A stretch of 64,000 bases of DNA, taken from assembly GCA_036676395.1 (NCBI GenBank), contig JAKFCY010000002.1, forward strand, positions 352,001 to 416,000, in the 5' to 3' direction. Position 1 is the stretch's first letter, and every line of letters starts with the position of its first letter. This document shows, in pieces, positions 9,057-18,323 of this stretch. The notes below the pieces were generated by a model. The model did no database searches. It had not been told where the DNA came from and worked only from the letters and a program-made list of their open reading frames with translations. A program made the translations under genes and the position numbers. The DNA is from Bdellovibrio sp. Its GTDB lineage: Bacteria; Bdellovibrionota; Bdellovibrionia; Bdellovibrionales; Bdellovibrionaceae.

Positions 9057-9638
9057 CTAGGCCATCTCGACAAGTTCTTTGGTTAGGCCCCGGATGCCAG
9101 TGAACACTTGAAATGGTGTGGCATCATTCATGTAGGCCGGTGTAGTGATAACTTTTGTATCGCGACAAGTGATGTAATCATCCGACGGACATTCTTCAAC
9201 AGTCACTTTCCAACTTTCAACGATGTTTTTTTCAGAAAAATCCTCGCCTAAAGTAATGTTTGGATTGTGTTTAGCTAAAACTTTAGCCACAACGATCGGC
9301 GCCATACAAATTGCTCCGATGGGTTTGCTTTGTTCGTAAAACCGCTGAATAATTTTTTCCACCGTCGGATTGACCGTCATTTTAATTTTGTCTGTTTTCC
9401 AAGTTGAAATGTGAGTCGCATTACCAGCACCACCTGGCAAAACTAAAGCATCAAATTCATTTGGATTTAATTGCTCAAGCGGGTGTAATTCGTGGTGATT
9501 TAATGCGGTCTGAGTATCGAACGCAAAAATTTTAAATTGCGCTTTAAACTCAGAAAGTGAAATTAATAAACTAATTGTTTCAGTGATTTCAGATTGGCCG
9601 GGGCCAAAACCCACAGCCAAGATAGCGATTTTTTTCAT
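9057..9638 (-). CDS. elbB: DJ-1/PfpI family glyoxalase, ElbB-like
   Basis: SEITE, DALVLPGG.G, KPIGAICMAP, TTPAYM. Confidence 0.8.
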   Translation of the reverse strand: MKKIAILAVGFGPGQSEITETISLLISLSEFKAQFKIFAFDTQTALNHHELHPLEQLNPNEFDALVLPGGAGNATHISTWKTDKIKMTVNPTVEKIIQRFYEQSKPIGAICMAPIVVAKVLAKHNPNITLGEDFSEKNIVESWKVTVEECPSDDYITCRDTKVITTPAYMNDATPFQVFTGIRGLTKELVEMA

Positions 9639-9662
9639 GCGTCTACTCTAAACTAAAAGGGC

Positions 9663-10511
9663 CTAGTCGCCTACTGAAAATCCGTTAACCCCGATGCAGT
9701 CTTCAGCTAAAACCTTGCGATTTTCCATCTGCACAAGACCGCGAACGCAATATTGCAAAACTTTTGAAAAGAAAGGCAGTGAGCTCGACATCATAAATGT
9801 GTAATGCGTGCGCGCTGGCTGACCATCAGTTTGAATATCATTGTTATCAACCAAATCGTACTCAACTTTACGAATCGGGATTTTACAATGTAGAGTGTCG
9901 CTGCAAATGCGCGGGTCGGCTAAATCAGGCGATAACGCCATTTGGCTATCGACAACGCTAAGATTATGACAAGTCACTTTGTCTTCACGGCAGGCAAAAG
10001 CTGCCATCACAATAAATGCACGGTACATAAAAAACGGCACTTTATCAGCAGCTTTAACGGATAAGTCAGAACGCGTTTTAATGCTTTGAGATTCTACTGT
10101 GTTGTTTGATATGTCGTTTGAATGGCCAAAATCTAAGTTGTAAGCAAGATTATTAAAAGATTGATTCGAATTTAAATAATCAACCTTCGAATAATCTAAA
10201 GCAAAGCGGGTCACTGTCGCCCCGCTGACTACAACATCAGTGATTGAATTTACAATGATGGCTTGGCTAAATAGTTTCACAGACTGTGAATCTTCATAAG
10301 TCGTGACCGCAGTCACGTTACTTGACTCGTTACGATTAATATCAGCAGGATCAAGTCCGCCAATACCTTCGGCCATTTTAGATTCGACCTCATCGGCGTC
10401 AACAATGGGTCCTAAATTAGCATCTTCAAGGTTTTGTTTTTTTAAGCAAGACGTTTGCGTGAATACGACGAACAAGGCCGTAAGCACGATGATTGATTGT
10501 TTTAATTTCAT
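9663..10511 (-). CDS. Hypothetical Cys-rich lipoprotein
   Basis: MKLK, hydrophobic stretch, QTSC lipobox-like; ATGA overlap with the upstream GNAT stop. Confidence 0.7.
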   Translation of the reverse strand: MKLKQSIIVLTALFVVFTQTSCLKKQNLEDANLGPIVDADEVESKMAEGIGGLDPADINRNESSNVTAVTTYEDSQSVKLFSQAIIVNSITDVVVSGATVTRFALDYSKVDYLNSNQSFNNLAYNLDFGHSNDISNNTVESQSIKTRSDLSVKAADKVPFFMYRAFIVMAAFACREDKVTCHNLSVVDSQMALSPDLADPRICSDTLHCKIPIRKVEYDLVDNNDIQTDGQPARTHYTFMMSSSLPFFSKVLQYCVRGLVQMENRKVLAEDCIGVNGFSVGD

Positions 10512-11602
10512 ATAGAATCCCAACCCCAAACCCATAGCGGAAGCGGTAATAATGTATTTAAAATTTCGCGCGTTTCCGGTTTAATAAATGTCATTTCATC
10601 GATCGTTGTCGGGCCAAATAAGATTTTTGCTAAATCAGCTTCTTCGTCTAAGGTGTAAAGATCCTGGCCGTAACCAAATACGATTTGACCGTGTTGTTTT
10701 TCTAAAACGATTTGATCAAAACCTTCAGTGCGAAAAGCTCTTTTTACTTTCATCGCCACGGCTTCAAAGTTATGAATGCGTAACATCGCCAAAAAACCGC
10801 GATGACAGTATACTTCTAAATCATCTAAGACTTTGCGCAGATTAGTCGAATGCTGCGGAACCATAAGATGATAATTTTTATTTTCAGTTTTAACCATGTG
10901 GCTAACTAGATCGATAAGTGCGTCGACGTTTCCGCCCCATTCGTGAATAAAAGTTTGCAAATCAGCACCTTTGCCATCAACAGCATAAGCTAAAAGTTGA
11001 TTGCTGCTGCTCCAAGCGGTGTAAAGATTTGCATTCGGAATTTTTAAATACTGTTGGATATCATCGATAGAACGCATCGATCCCACGCTATGTTGAGAAT
11101 AAAGTTTTAAGATAGCTTGGGGATCAACCTGAGTGCCTTTTACGATACGAATGTTTTCGCAGCGCGGGGCCAGTGGTTTATCAAATACATAGGTGTTTTC
11201 GCTGCCGGCTAATTCAAAGCCAAATTTTTGATAAAATTCTGTTTTATCAGTCCACAAAATCACTAAATCACAATCTTGCGCCGTGGCTTTTGCTAAACAA
11301 TTTTGCATATTCAAGGTGCTTAAACCCTGCTGACGATGAGATGGGTCTGTGACCACCGAGCCAATAGCGCCTATTTTGTAGATAGCATAAGGCGTTTTTG
11401 TTATAATAGGCTTAATTAGTGCGTGTGATAAAATGGAACCATCTTCTTCGGTAATAATGCTCATGTTGTGCATATTCGAAGGAGTCAATGCTGTCGGATA
11501 TTCACTGTTAATGGGCCAAGTTGATTCGGCTCTTAATTGATGATTAAGAAATTCGACAACATGATCAAATTCATGCTGTTCTGGAGATCTGGGCTTTAAC
11601 AT
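10508..11602 (-). CDS. GNAT N-acetyltransferase (Eis-like tandem architecture)
   Basis: IGSVVTDPSHRQQGLS motif A; FYQKFGF motif B. Confidence 0.85.
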   Translation of the reverse strand: MLKPRSPEQHEFDHVVEFLNHQLRAESTWPINSEYPTALTPSNMHNMSIITEEDGSILSHALIKPIITKTPYAIYKIGAIGSVVTDPSHRQQGLSTLNMQNCLAKATAQDCDLVILWTDKTEFYQKFGFELAGSENTYVFDKPLAPRCENIRIVKGTQVDPQAILKLYSQHSVGSMRSIDDIQQYLKIPNANLYTAWSSSNQLLAYAVDGKGADLQTFIHEWGGNVDALIDLVSHMVKTENKNYHLMVPQHSTNLRKVLDDLEVYCHRGFLAMLRIHNFEAVAMKVKRAFRTEGFDQIVLEKQHGQIVFGYGQDLYTLDEEADLAKILFGPTTIDEMTFIKPETREILNTLLPLPLWVWGWDSI

Positions 11603-11724
11603 AAAAATAATACTCCTATGATAGAAATATTATAGCTGTGAATGCCCTGTCTGTGATGGCCAGTTCTATGAATTTGACTTAAGCCCAGATATTCCATAGA
11701 TTGCAGTACTGTAAAGGAGCTCAA

Positions 11725-11964
11725 ATGGCTGATCTGGGTCAAAAATGGAAAGAAAATAAAGACGGCAAAATTTTCGTCGATCAATCTTGTATTGCATGTG
11801 ATGCCTGTGTTTTAACGGCTCCAAAAAACTTTACGATGCACGAAGAAGACGGTCATGCATTTGTAACTAAACAACCAGACACTCCTGAAGAAGAAGCGGC
11901 TGTTAAAGAAGCGATGGAAGGCTGTCCTGTTGAAGCCATCGGCGATTTCGGTGACCAAGGTTAA
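11725..11964 (+). CDS. fdx: Single-cluster 4Fe-4S/3Fe-4S ferredoxin
   Basis: CIACDAC...CPVEAI; AAGGAG SD before ATG 11725. Confidence 0.9.
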   Translation: MADLGQKWKENKDGKIFVDQSCIACDACVLTAPKNFTMHEEDGHAFVTKQPDTPEEEAAVKEAMEGCPVEAIGDFGDQG

Positions 11965-12613
11965 GGTCACCAAACCAAAGTCTGGCGCACTCGACGTTAG
12001 TTGGTGCCTGAACCTTCTTAAGAAAAATTATCCTGATGCACACTGTGCACTAATTTTTTCAAATCCGTTTCAATTATTAATCGCGACTATATTATCCGCG
12101 CAATGCACTGATGAACGGGTCAATATCGTCACCAAAGATCTTTTTAAAAAATATAAAAAACCCAGTGATTTAGCAGAAGAAAACGTTGAAGTGATCGAGC
12201 AATACATTCGCTCTGCAGGTTTTTATAAAAACAAAGCTAAAAATATCAAAGCCTGCTGCCAGATTTTAAAAGATAAACATGGTAATCAGGTGCCAAAAAC
12301 TTTAGACGAATTAGTAGAGCTACCAGGGGTAGGGCGAAAAACCGCCAATGTGGTTTTAGGTAATGCTTTTGCTATCGCTACCGGCGTTGTGGTCGACACG
12401 CATGTAACTCGACTAGCGAATCGTTTTGGTTGGGTCAAAATTGTCGACGCTGTAAAGATTGAACAGAAACTTAATGTTATGTTCGAGCAATCTGAATGGA
12501 TCCTGCTTTCGCATTATTTGATTTCACATGGTCGGGCGATTTGCAAAGCTAGATCTCCGGACTGCGAGTCATGTTTTTTAGCTACCCGCTGTCCACGTAA
12601 AGGTCTAAGCTAG
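11951..12613 (+). CDS. nth: Endonuclease III
   Basis: LSAQCTD, HhH LPGVGRKTANV, VDTHV, C-x6-C-x2-C-x5-C Fe-S motif; exact start uncertain (GTG 11951 chosen). Confidence 0.95.
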   Translation: MTKVKVTKPKSGALDVSWCLNLLKKNYPDAHCALIFSNPFQLLIATILSAQCTDERVNIVTKDLFKKYKKPSDLAEENVEVIEQYIRSAGFYKNKAKNIKACCQILKDKHGNQVPKTLDELVELPGVGRKTANVVLGNAFAIATGVVVDTHVTRLANRFGWVKIVDAVKIEQKLNVMFEQSEWILLSHYLISHGRAICKARSPDCESCFLATRCPRKGLS

Positions 12614-12618
12614 TACAC

Positions 12619-13101
12619 ATGCTACAAGCTTATTTTGAAAGTCTAAAATATGTGGGGCATCTGCTTCCCATTTCTTTTCTAAGAATTTTTTTAGGATATT
12701 TTTATTTGCAACAAGCCTTTAAAGATTGGCAAGTTCACGTCATAGGTAATTCGATGGTCAGTGATTTGCTTGTCGAAGCTTTAAATAAAACGCAAATGCC
12801 TTTTTGGTATCGCTTTTTTCTGACTGAGCACTTAATGAGTCACTGGCCTTTTTATGCTTTTGTTCTTGTGGGAATACAGGCCATCATCGGAATTTCATAT
12901 TTAATTGGTTACGTGGTTCGTCCCGCTTCAATTCTGGGATTAATTCTTTGTTTAAATTATTTGGCCGTGGCAAGTTCGAGCCAAGAATTTTTCTTTAAAT
13001 TAATGATCGCTTCACATGTGTTATTAGCATGGGTGGGTGCCGGCCGTTGTTTAGGATTAGATTATTATTTTTATAAACGTTATCGCGGAATTTGGTGGTA
13101 G
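12619..13101 (+). CDS. DoxX-family membrane protein
   Basis: LRIFLG..., 4 TM segments, GAGR..GLD. Confidence 0.75.
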   Translation: MLQAYFESLKYVGHLLPISFLRIFLGYFYLQQAFKDWQVHVIGNSMVSDLLVEALNKTQMPFWYRFFLTEHLMSHWPFYAFVLVGIQAIIGISYLIGYVVRPASILGLILCLNYLAVASSSQEFFFKLMIASHVLLAWVGAGRCLGLDYYFYKRYRGIWW

Positions 13102-13107
13102 TTTTTA

Positions 13108-14139
13108 ATGAAGCATTTTTTAGCTTTTGTCGCAGTTGTTTTTTCATGTTTAACAGTTTTTTACTTTTACCGTGACGATGGGCAAAACAGCGCTGATTAC
13201 ACAAGTCTTAAAGTTTATGGTTCAGGGTCATTTATTGGTTCATGGGGGCCAGGCCCAAAACTAAAAGAAATATTCGAAAAACAAACGGGCATTAAAGTAA
13301 CCTATCTTGAAATGTCTGATCCAGCTTTAGTGTTTCAAAAAATTTCATTCGAAGGGGCGCAAGCTGTCGGTGATGTGATTTTAAGTTTAGATCAATATGA
13401 TTTAGCACGTGCCGCAGATAAATTAACTTGGAAAGCTATTGAAGCAAAGACGTCTTTTAATTTGCCTGATACTTTAAAAGAGCTTGAAAAAATGGAACAG
13501 TTTAAAGCTTATGACTGGGCACCGATTGCTTTTGTGGCTCGTGATGATTTAAAAATAACAATTGAAAAGTTAGATGATTTACTAAATCCAGAACTTAAGG
13601 GTCGCATTGCTTTAGAAGATCCAAGAACAAGTTCACCAGGTTTAAATTTTTTAGCCTGGATTTATAAAACTAAATCTGAAGCAGATGCTGATCAGTTTGT
13701 TAAACAATTAATGGCGCAGGCGCATAGCTTTTCACCTAGTTGGTCAGCGGCTTACGGATTATTTAAAAACAAACAGGCTGATATCGTTTTATCGTACGCT
13801 ACTTCTCCGGTGTATCATTTAGTCGAAGAAAAAGATTCGCACTTTACAGCTTTAGAATTCAAAGACGGTCACCCTGTTCAGGTTGAATTCGCCGGAGTTC
13901 CTGAATCTTGTATTAACTGTGATGCTGGAATTCGTTTTGTTCAGTTTTTACAAACTCCCGAAGCACAAAAAATTATTATGGAAAAGAACTATATGTTTCC
14001 GATGATTAAAGCTGTGCAAGAAGGAACAGCTTTTGATGGTGTGAAAAACTTTAAATTATTGCCATTCAAGCTTGAAGTTAAAGAGCAATTGCAAAAATGG
14101 TTAGGCACTTGGACCGAGCTAAGAAAAAATGAAGGCTAA
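13108..14139 (+). CDS. thiB: Thiamine ABC transporter substrate-binding protein
   Basis: WGPGPKLKE.FE, DPRTSSPG, WSAAYGLF, SYATSP.YH, QVE. Confidence 0.88.
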   Translation: MKHFLAFVAVVFSCLTVFYFYRDDGQNSADYTSLKVYGSGSFIGSWGPGPKLKEIFEKQTGIKVTYLEMSDPALVFQKISFEGAQAVGDVILSLDQYDLARAADKLTWKAIEAKTSFNLPDTLKELEKMEQFKAYDWAPIAFVARDDLKITIEKLDDLLNPELKGRIALEDPRTSSPGLNFLAWIYKTKSEADADQFVKQLMAQAHSFSPSWSAAYGLFKNKQADIVLSYATSPVYHLVEEKDSHFTALEFKDGHPVQVEFAGVPESCINCDAGIRFVQFLQTPEAQKIIMEKNYMFPMIKAVQEGTAFDGVKNFKLLPFKLEVKEQLQKWLGTWTELRKNEG

Positions 14140-15571
14140 AGCTATAAAGCTGGTTTTAGCTTTATTTTTTTTATTTCCGTTTTTTATTCTTTTTTACTAT
14201 TTCAGATTAAATTTAGATTACGACATTCAAGAAATTCTCTGGGCCCTGCGAAACTCTTTAGTGCAAAGCTTATCGACGGCAGCATTGGCAGTATTTTTTG
14301 GTTTTTTCGGGGCGTTAGGGCTTATGCAGCTTTCGGGTGGTAAACAGCGCATCTTAAAGTTTTTAGCGTTAGTGCCTGTATTTATGCCGTCATTATTTTC
14401 GTTGTTAATCGGTATTTCGATCATAAATTTTTTTCCGCTAGGTTCATTGGGAGTTATTTATTTTTTAACTCTTATTTATATTGGTTTTGTTGCCTTTATT
14501 TTGTGTGAAGAGATGACATCACAGCTTGGCCAATTCGGTTTTGTCGGTGAAGTTTACGGGGTATCTAAAAAATCTTTTTTATTAAAAGTCTTATGGCCTT
14601 TGATGCAAAAATCAGTAGGCTTTGTTTTTATCACAGTTTTTGTGAATGCGATGATGGCCTTTACGATTCCGTTATTAGTAGGTGCCGGTCGTGGAACTAA
14701 TTTTGAAGTTTTAATCTATGAAAAAATTTTTATCGAACAAAATTGGTCGGTGGCGTTAGGGCTAAGTTTAATACAACTAGCGTTAGTTGCGGTCTTTGCC
14801 TTTTTATTACAGGCACGGCCTGCAGTCAGTGTCAGCGAGTTTAAAAAAAGTTCTTTGATTGGGTCACACATTGGTTTGGGCGGTTTAGTTTTATATTTAA
14901 CGCTGTATTTTTGGGGTTATATAAAACAATTCGGCAGCAGTTTGCAGGTCTATTATATCGCTGAAATTTTTAATGCTGATTTTTATGCATCGATTTCACA
15001 GTCTCTTCTGCTGTTTTTATTCTGCTTTATGATCTTTTTTATTCTATTGCTGGCAGTTTTATATTTAAAGTATTCTCAGGCTAAAATCCGATTTTTGAAC
15101 TTTTTCTTAAGCCCCTCGTCGGTGTTAGTTGGTTTTGGCTTTTACTTATTATTACCATCACATAATTTATTTTTTTCATTATTAAAACTTTCGCTCGTTA
15201 TTGCGGCTGTGGGCTTTGTTAGTTTTATGAAATCTGTTTTTGAAAATCAATTGCAACTTTTTGAAACACAAATAAAAGTGGCCAGATCATTCGGGATTGG
15301 TTTTTTTGTTTTTGTATTTAAAATTTACTTTCCACAGATTAAAAAGCGTCTGCATTTTGCGATGTCATTATTATTTATTTTTACTATTTCTGAGTTTGGC
15401 TTAGTAAAGGCTTCTGGTGCAGAAGTTAAAACTTTAGGCACCGAGATGGCCAGTTATTTAGGAAGCTATCGTATCGAAGGGGCTTTTGTGATCAGTACTG
15501 TAATTTTATCTATTTGGCTTATAACCGCACTCATTTCAGGAGCAGCACTTGGCGTACATAAAAAATCTTAA
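14129..15571 (+). CDS. thiP: Thiamine ABC transporter permease (divergent)
   Basis: About 12 TM segments, duplicated permease halves, between thiB and the ATPase. Confidence 0.75.
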   Translation: MKAKAIKLVLALFFLFPFFILFYYFRLNLDYDIQEILWALRNSLVQSLSTAALAVFFGFFGALGLMQLSGGKQRILKFLALVPVFMPSLFSLLIGISIINFFPLGSLGVIYFLTLIYIGFVAFILCEEMTSQLGQFGFVGEVYGVSKKSFLLKVLWPLMQKSVGFVFITVFVNAMMAFTIPLLVGAGRGTNFEVLIYEKIFIEQNWSVALGLSLIQLALVAVFAFLLQARPAVSVSEFKKSSLIGSHIGLGGLVLYLTLYFWGYIKQFGSSLQVYYIAEIFNADFYASISQSLLLFLFCFMIFFILLLAVLYLKYSQAKIRFLNFFLSPSSVLVGFGFYLLLPSHNLFFSLLKLSLVIAAVGFVSFMKSVFENQLQLFETQIKVARSFGIGFFVFVFKIYFPQIKKRLHFAMSLLFIFTISEFGLVKASGAEVKTLGTEMASYLGSYRIEGAFVISTVILSIWLITALISGAALGVHKKS

Positions 15572-16187
15572 TTATAAATTCGATAACTTTATTTTAGATA
15601 TTCCGTCGCTTGAGATTAAAGAAAATGAAGTGACTGTGCTTATGGGGCCATCAGGTGCAGGTAAAACCACGCTCTTTAATTTAATTACAGGCTTTGTTCC
15701 CTATCAGGATTGGCAATTTGAAATCGCCGGTATTGATTTAGCAAAAAAAGAAATCTCAGAGCGTGAATTAGGTGTGGTTTTTCAAAGTTTTGAATTGTTT
15801 CCGCATTTGACAGCTAAAGAAAATATAGAATTAGTGATGCAGTCGCGCAAGAACACAAGCAGCCAGGCTTTTGCAGAATTAGAAAAATACAAAAACATTT
15901 TAAAATTAGAAAATTGCTGGAACACCAAAGCTCAAGTGTTGTCGGGCGGAGAAAAGCAACGAGTGGCGTTGCTTCGCGCGGTGATGGCAAAGCCTCGCAT
16001 GTTATTATTAGATGAGCCGTTTTCTGCGTTAGACGAAGCGACTAAAGAAGAAGCGCGTAAGCTTGTTAAAAGCGTATTGCAAGACATTAAGGTAACCACT
16101 TTGATGATCAGTCATGATTCTAAAGATGCGCAGTATTTTGGATCTAATTTAATTTTAATTGATAACGGTCAAATTAAAAAATCCTAA
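15549..16187 (+). CDS. thiQ: ABC transporter ATP-binding protein (ThiQ-like)
   Basis: GPSGAGKT, LSGGEKQR, DEPFSALD, SHD. Confidence 0.85.
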   Translation: MAYIKNLNYKFDNFILDIPSLEIKENEVTVLMGPSGAGKTTLFNLITGFVPYQDWQFEIAGIDLAKKEISERELGVVFQSFELFPHLTAKENIELVMQSRKNTSSQAFAELEKYKNILKLENCWNTKAQVLSGGEKQRVALLRAVMAKPRMLLLDEPFSALDEATKEEARKLVKSVLQDIKVTTLMISHDSKDAQYFGSNLILIDNGQIKKS

Positions 16188-16207
16188 GCTTTTAAGGCTT
16201 AGGATTT
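16179..16207. terminator. Probable bidirectional terminator between convergent genes
   Basis: AAATCCTAAGC / GCTTAGGATTT inverted repeat. Confidence 0.6.
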
Positions 16208-16229
16208 AGTTTTTAAATTGTTTTAATAA

Positions 16230-17171
16230 TTATCTTTTTTCGCAGTTTAATTCGTCGTCAACTTTGAATTTATCTTCTAAGTTGTGAATTTCGATAGTTG
16301 CAAGGCTAGGCTGAAAAGTAATTGAAGGCATTTTCGAGAAGGCTCTTAAATCGAAGTCAGCTAGCGGAAGCTGCTTGTAGATCGCGCCATCAGCTAAGTT
16401 CACACCCATGCTGTTTCCTGTCGGCTGGGTTTGGACAGTTACGTTTTTAAATGTACGATCATTCAATTTTAAAATATTAAAAAAGTATACGCCATTCGAA
16501 CCAGCGATTTCGATTTCGCTTGTAGTGCTTTTGCAAGAGTAAAACGTTCTGCCTGTTTTTACAGTTGCGGATTGTAAACATGAAGCGCTGTCAGAAAACA
16601 AACATCCTACAAGTTTGCGTGAGTTTACAGAATCAGTTACTGGCCCTAGTTGAGAAGCATTTTTACGAACCAAGAAATACCAAGCTTCGTGCATCATGCC
16701 GGCTGCGATATCTGTGTTTGATTTTAATTTATTAAAATGTTTGTCATCAATCACTAACTTTTGTTTTAAACGATCAAAGAACATCATGCCAACAAGAGTG
16801 CAGCCAGATTTTTTATAATTTGAATTGGCATCACGAGGTGGTTCTAGTTCGATTCCAGCTTTAAGTGAAATTTTTGCGTTAAAAAGTTTCAGAGCAATCG
16901 CCGTTAATTCACCAGGAAGTGAAGAATCAATCGCTGCCAGCTTATTAGCCGCATGGTTAAATTGAGTCATTACATCTGCATCTGAGCGAGTGATTGATAA
17001 ATCGTAGAGGACTTCGGCTTCCCATAGATCTAAGAGTTCGGTTTTGCCATCAGCGCATTTAAGCGCGCCGCCTCCGCCAGAGTCTACGCCGCCAGATTCG
17101 CTATCGGCAAAGCTTGCGTGAGCAGTTAATGAAATCATCAGGGCTAAGATAAGGTTTAGAGCTTTTTTCAT
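16230..17171 (-). CDS. Secreted hypothetical protein with GGVDSGGGG motif after the signal peptide
   Basis: MKK signal peptide ending ASFA; GAGGAA SD; HE motif (MMHEAWY); several Cys. Confidence 0.8.
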   Translation of the reverse strand: MKKALNLILALMISLTAHASFADSESGGVDSGGGGALKCADGKTELLDLWEAEVLYDLSITRSDADVMTQFNHAANKLAAIDSSLPGELTAIALKLFNAKISLKAGIELEPPRDANSNYKKSGCTLVGMMFFDRLKQKLVIDDKHFNKLKSNTDIAAGMMHEAWYFLVRKNASQLGPVTDSVNSRKLVGCLFSDSASCLQSATVKTGRTFYSCKSTTSEIEIAGSNGVYFFNILKLNDRTFKNVTVQTQPTGNSMGVNLADGAIYKQLPLADFDLRAFSKMPSITFQPSLATIEIHNLEDKFKVDDELNCEKR

Positions 17172-17195
17172 ATAGGGTTCCTCATGTAAAGACTT

Positions 17196-17212
17196 TGCGA
17201 CATTTGCGCCAA
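17196..17212 (-). promoter_or_regulatory. Sigma54 (-24/-12) promoter
   Basis: TTGGCGCAAATGTCGCA (GG-N10-GC), ~25 nt upstream of ATG 17171. Confidence 0.6.
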
Positions 17213-17349
17213 GCCTGGGGTTAATAGTTTGGTTATGGGTTCTAAGAGACCGTCTACCGTCTTTACATGCGCGCCATGTTTGTTCAGTTAACGACTTCTC
17301 AGTGGGTTGTGAGCCCAATTTAACGCAGCAAGCCATTTAGCTCTATTGT

Positions 17350-17400
17350 TTAATATTTATAAATCAATGAATTTTATATACAATCAGTTATAAATATTAA
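17350..17400. repeat. Perfect 13-bp inverted repeat (candidate operator)
   Basis: TTAATATTTATAA-N25-TTATAAATATTAA between divergent genes. Confidence 0.7.
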
Positions 17401-17416
17401 CTAACTATAGGTAATT

Positions 17417-18226
17417 ATGAGAATTTTTGAATTTAACGATTATCGTGATTTTTTGAAAAAACACATTCATTCGCTGCCAAAGCAGGGGCGCGGTGAGATA
17501 TCTAAAATGGCTGAAGCTCTTCAAGTTGCACAACCCCTGATGAGTCAAATTACAACTGGAGTGAAGAACCTTAACTTGGAACAAGCTGACTTATTGTCTG
17601 AATATCTGCATTTTACCGATAAAGAAAAAGCTTATCTGTTTGTGCTCGTGCAAATTGAGCGTGCCGGAAGGCAAACTTTAAAAAAACATTTTATTACTGA
17701 ACGTGAGCGTTTAAAAAAAGACGCCTTAGACGTTCGAACTGTCATTGCTGCGGATAAAAAATTAACTGATGTAGAGAAATCGATTTTTTATTCGAGCTGG
17801 CTTTATCAAGCGGTGCGCTTGTTAACTTCAATGGAAAAACACGAATATTCTAGTGTTGAACAAATTAGTGTAAAGCTTGGTTATGATCGCACAAAGGTGA
17901 GCGAGATTATGTCTTTTTTGTTACAGACAGGTTTGTGCGTGCAAGAGAAGAATCATATTGTTATGGGGCCGTTAAGCACTCACTTAGAGCACACCTCGCC
18001 GCAGCTTGCTCGTCATCATACAAACTGGCGCCATAAAGCGATTCAAAAATTTGACCAGATTTCTGAAGCTGAATTAGTATTTACTGCGCCGATGACTGTA
18101 AGCCGGGCTGATTTTCAAAAAATTCGCGAAGAAATACTGCAGCTTATAAAATCGATGTATAGCACCGTAAAGGCCTCTCCAGGAGAAGAATTAGCCTGTC
18201 TGAATATCGATTTTTTTAAAATTTAG
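17417..18226 (+). CDS. TIGR02147-family protein (N-terminal HTH plus DUF4423-like domain)
   Basis: IFEFNDYRDFL start, HTH-like middle, FYSSWLY, HHTNWR, C-terminal LNIDFF. Confidence 0.8.
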   Translation: MRIFEFNDYRDFLKKHIHSLPKQGRGEISKMAEALQVAQPLMSQITTGVKNLNLEQADLLSEYLHFTDKEKAYLFVLVQIERAGRQTLKKHFITERERLKKDALDVRTVIAADKKLTDVEKSIFYSSWLYQAVRLLTSMEKHEYSSVEQISVKLGYDRTKVSEIMSFLLQTGLCVQEKNHIVMGPLSTHLEHTSPQLARHHTNWRHKAIQKFDQISEAELVFTAPMTVSRADFQKIREEILQLIKSMYSTVKASPGEELACLNIDFFKI

Positions 18227-18323
18227 CTCTATGTTTGTCCATAAATTTGACAATCAGGTAACTAGGTAAAAAAATAGCGTTAAATTCACCTTTTCAGAGA
18301 GAAATCTGCTATAAAAAGCCAGA

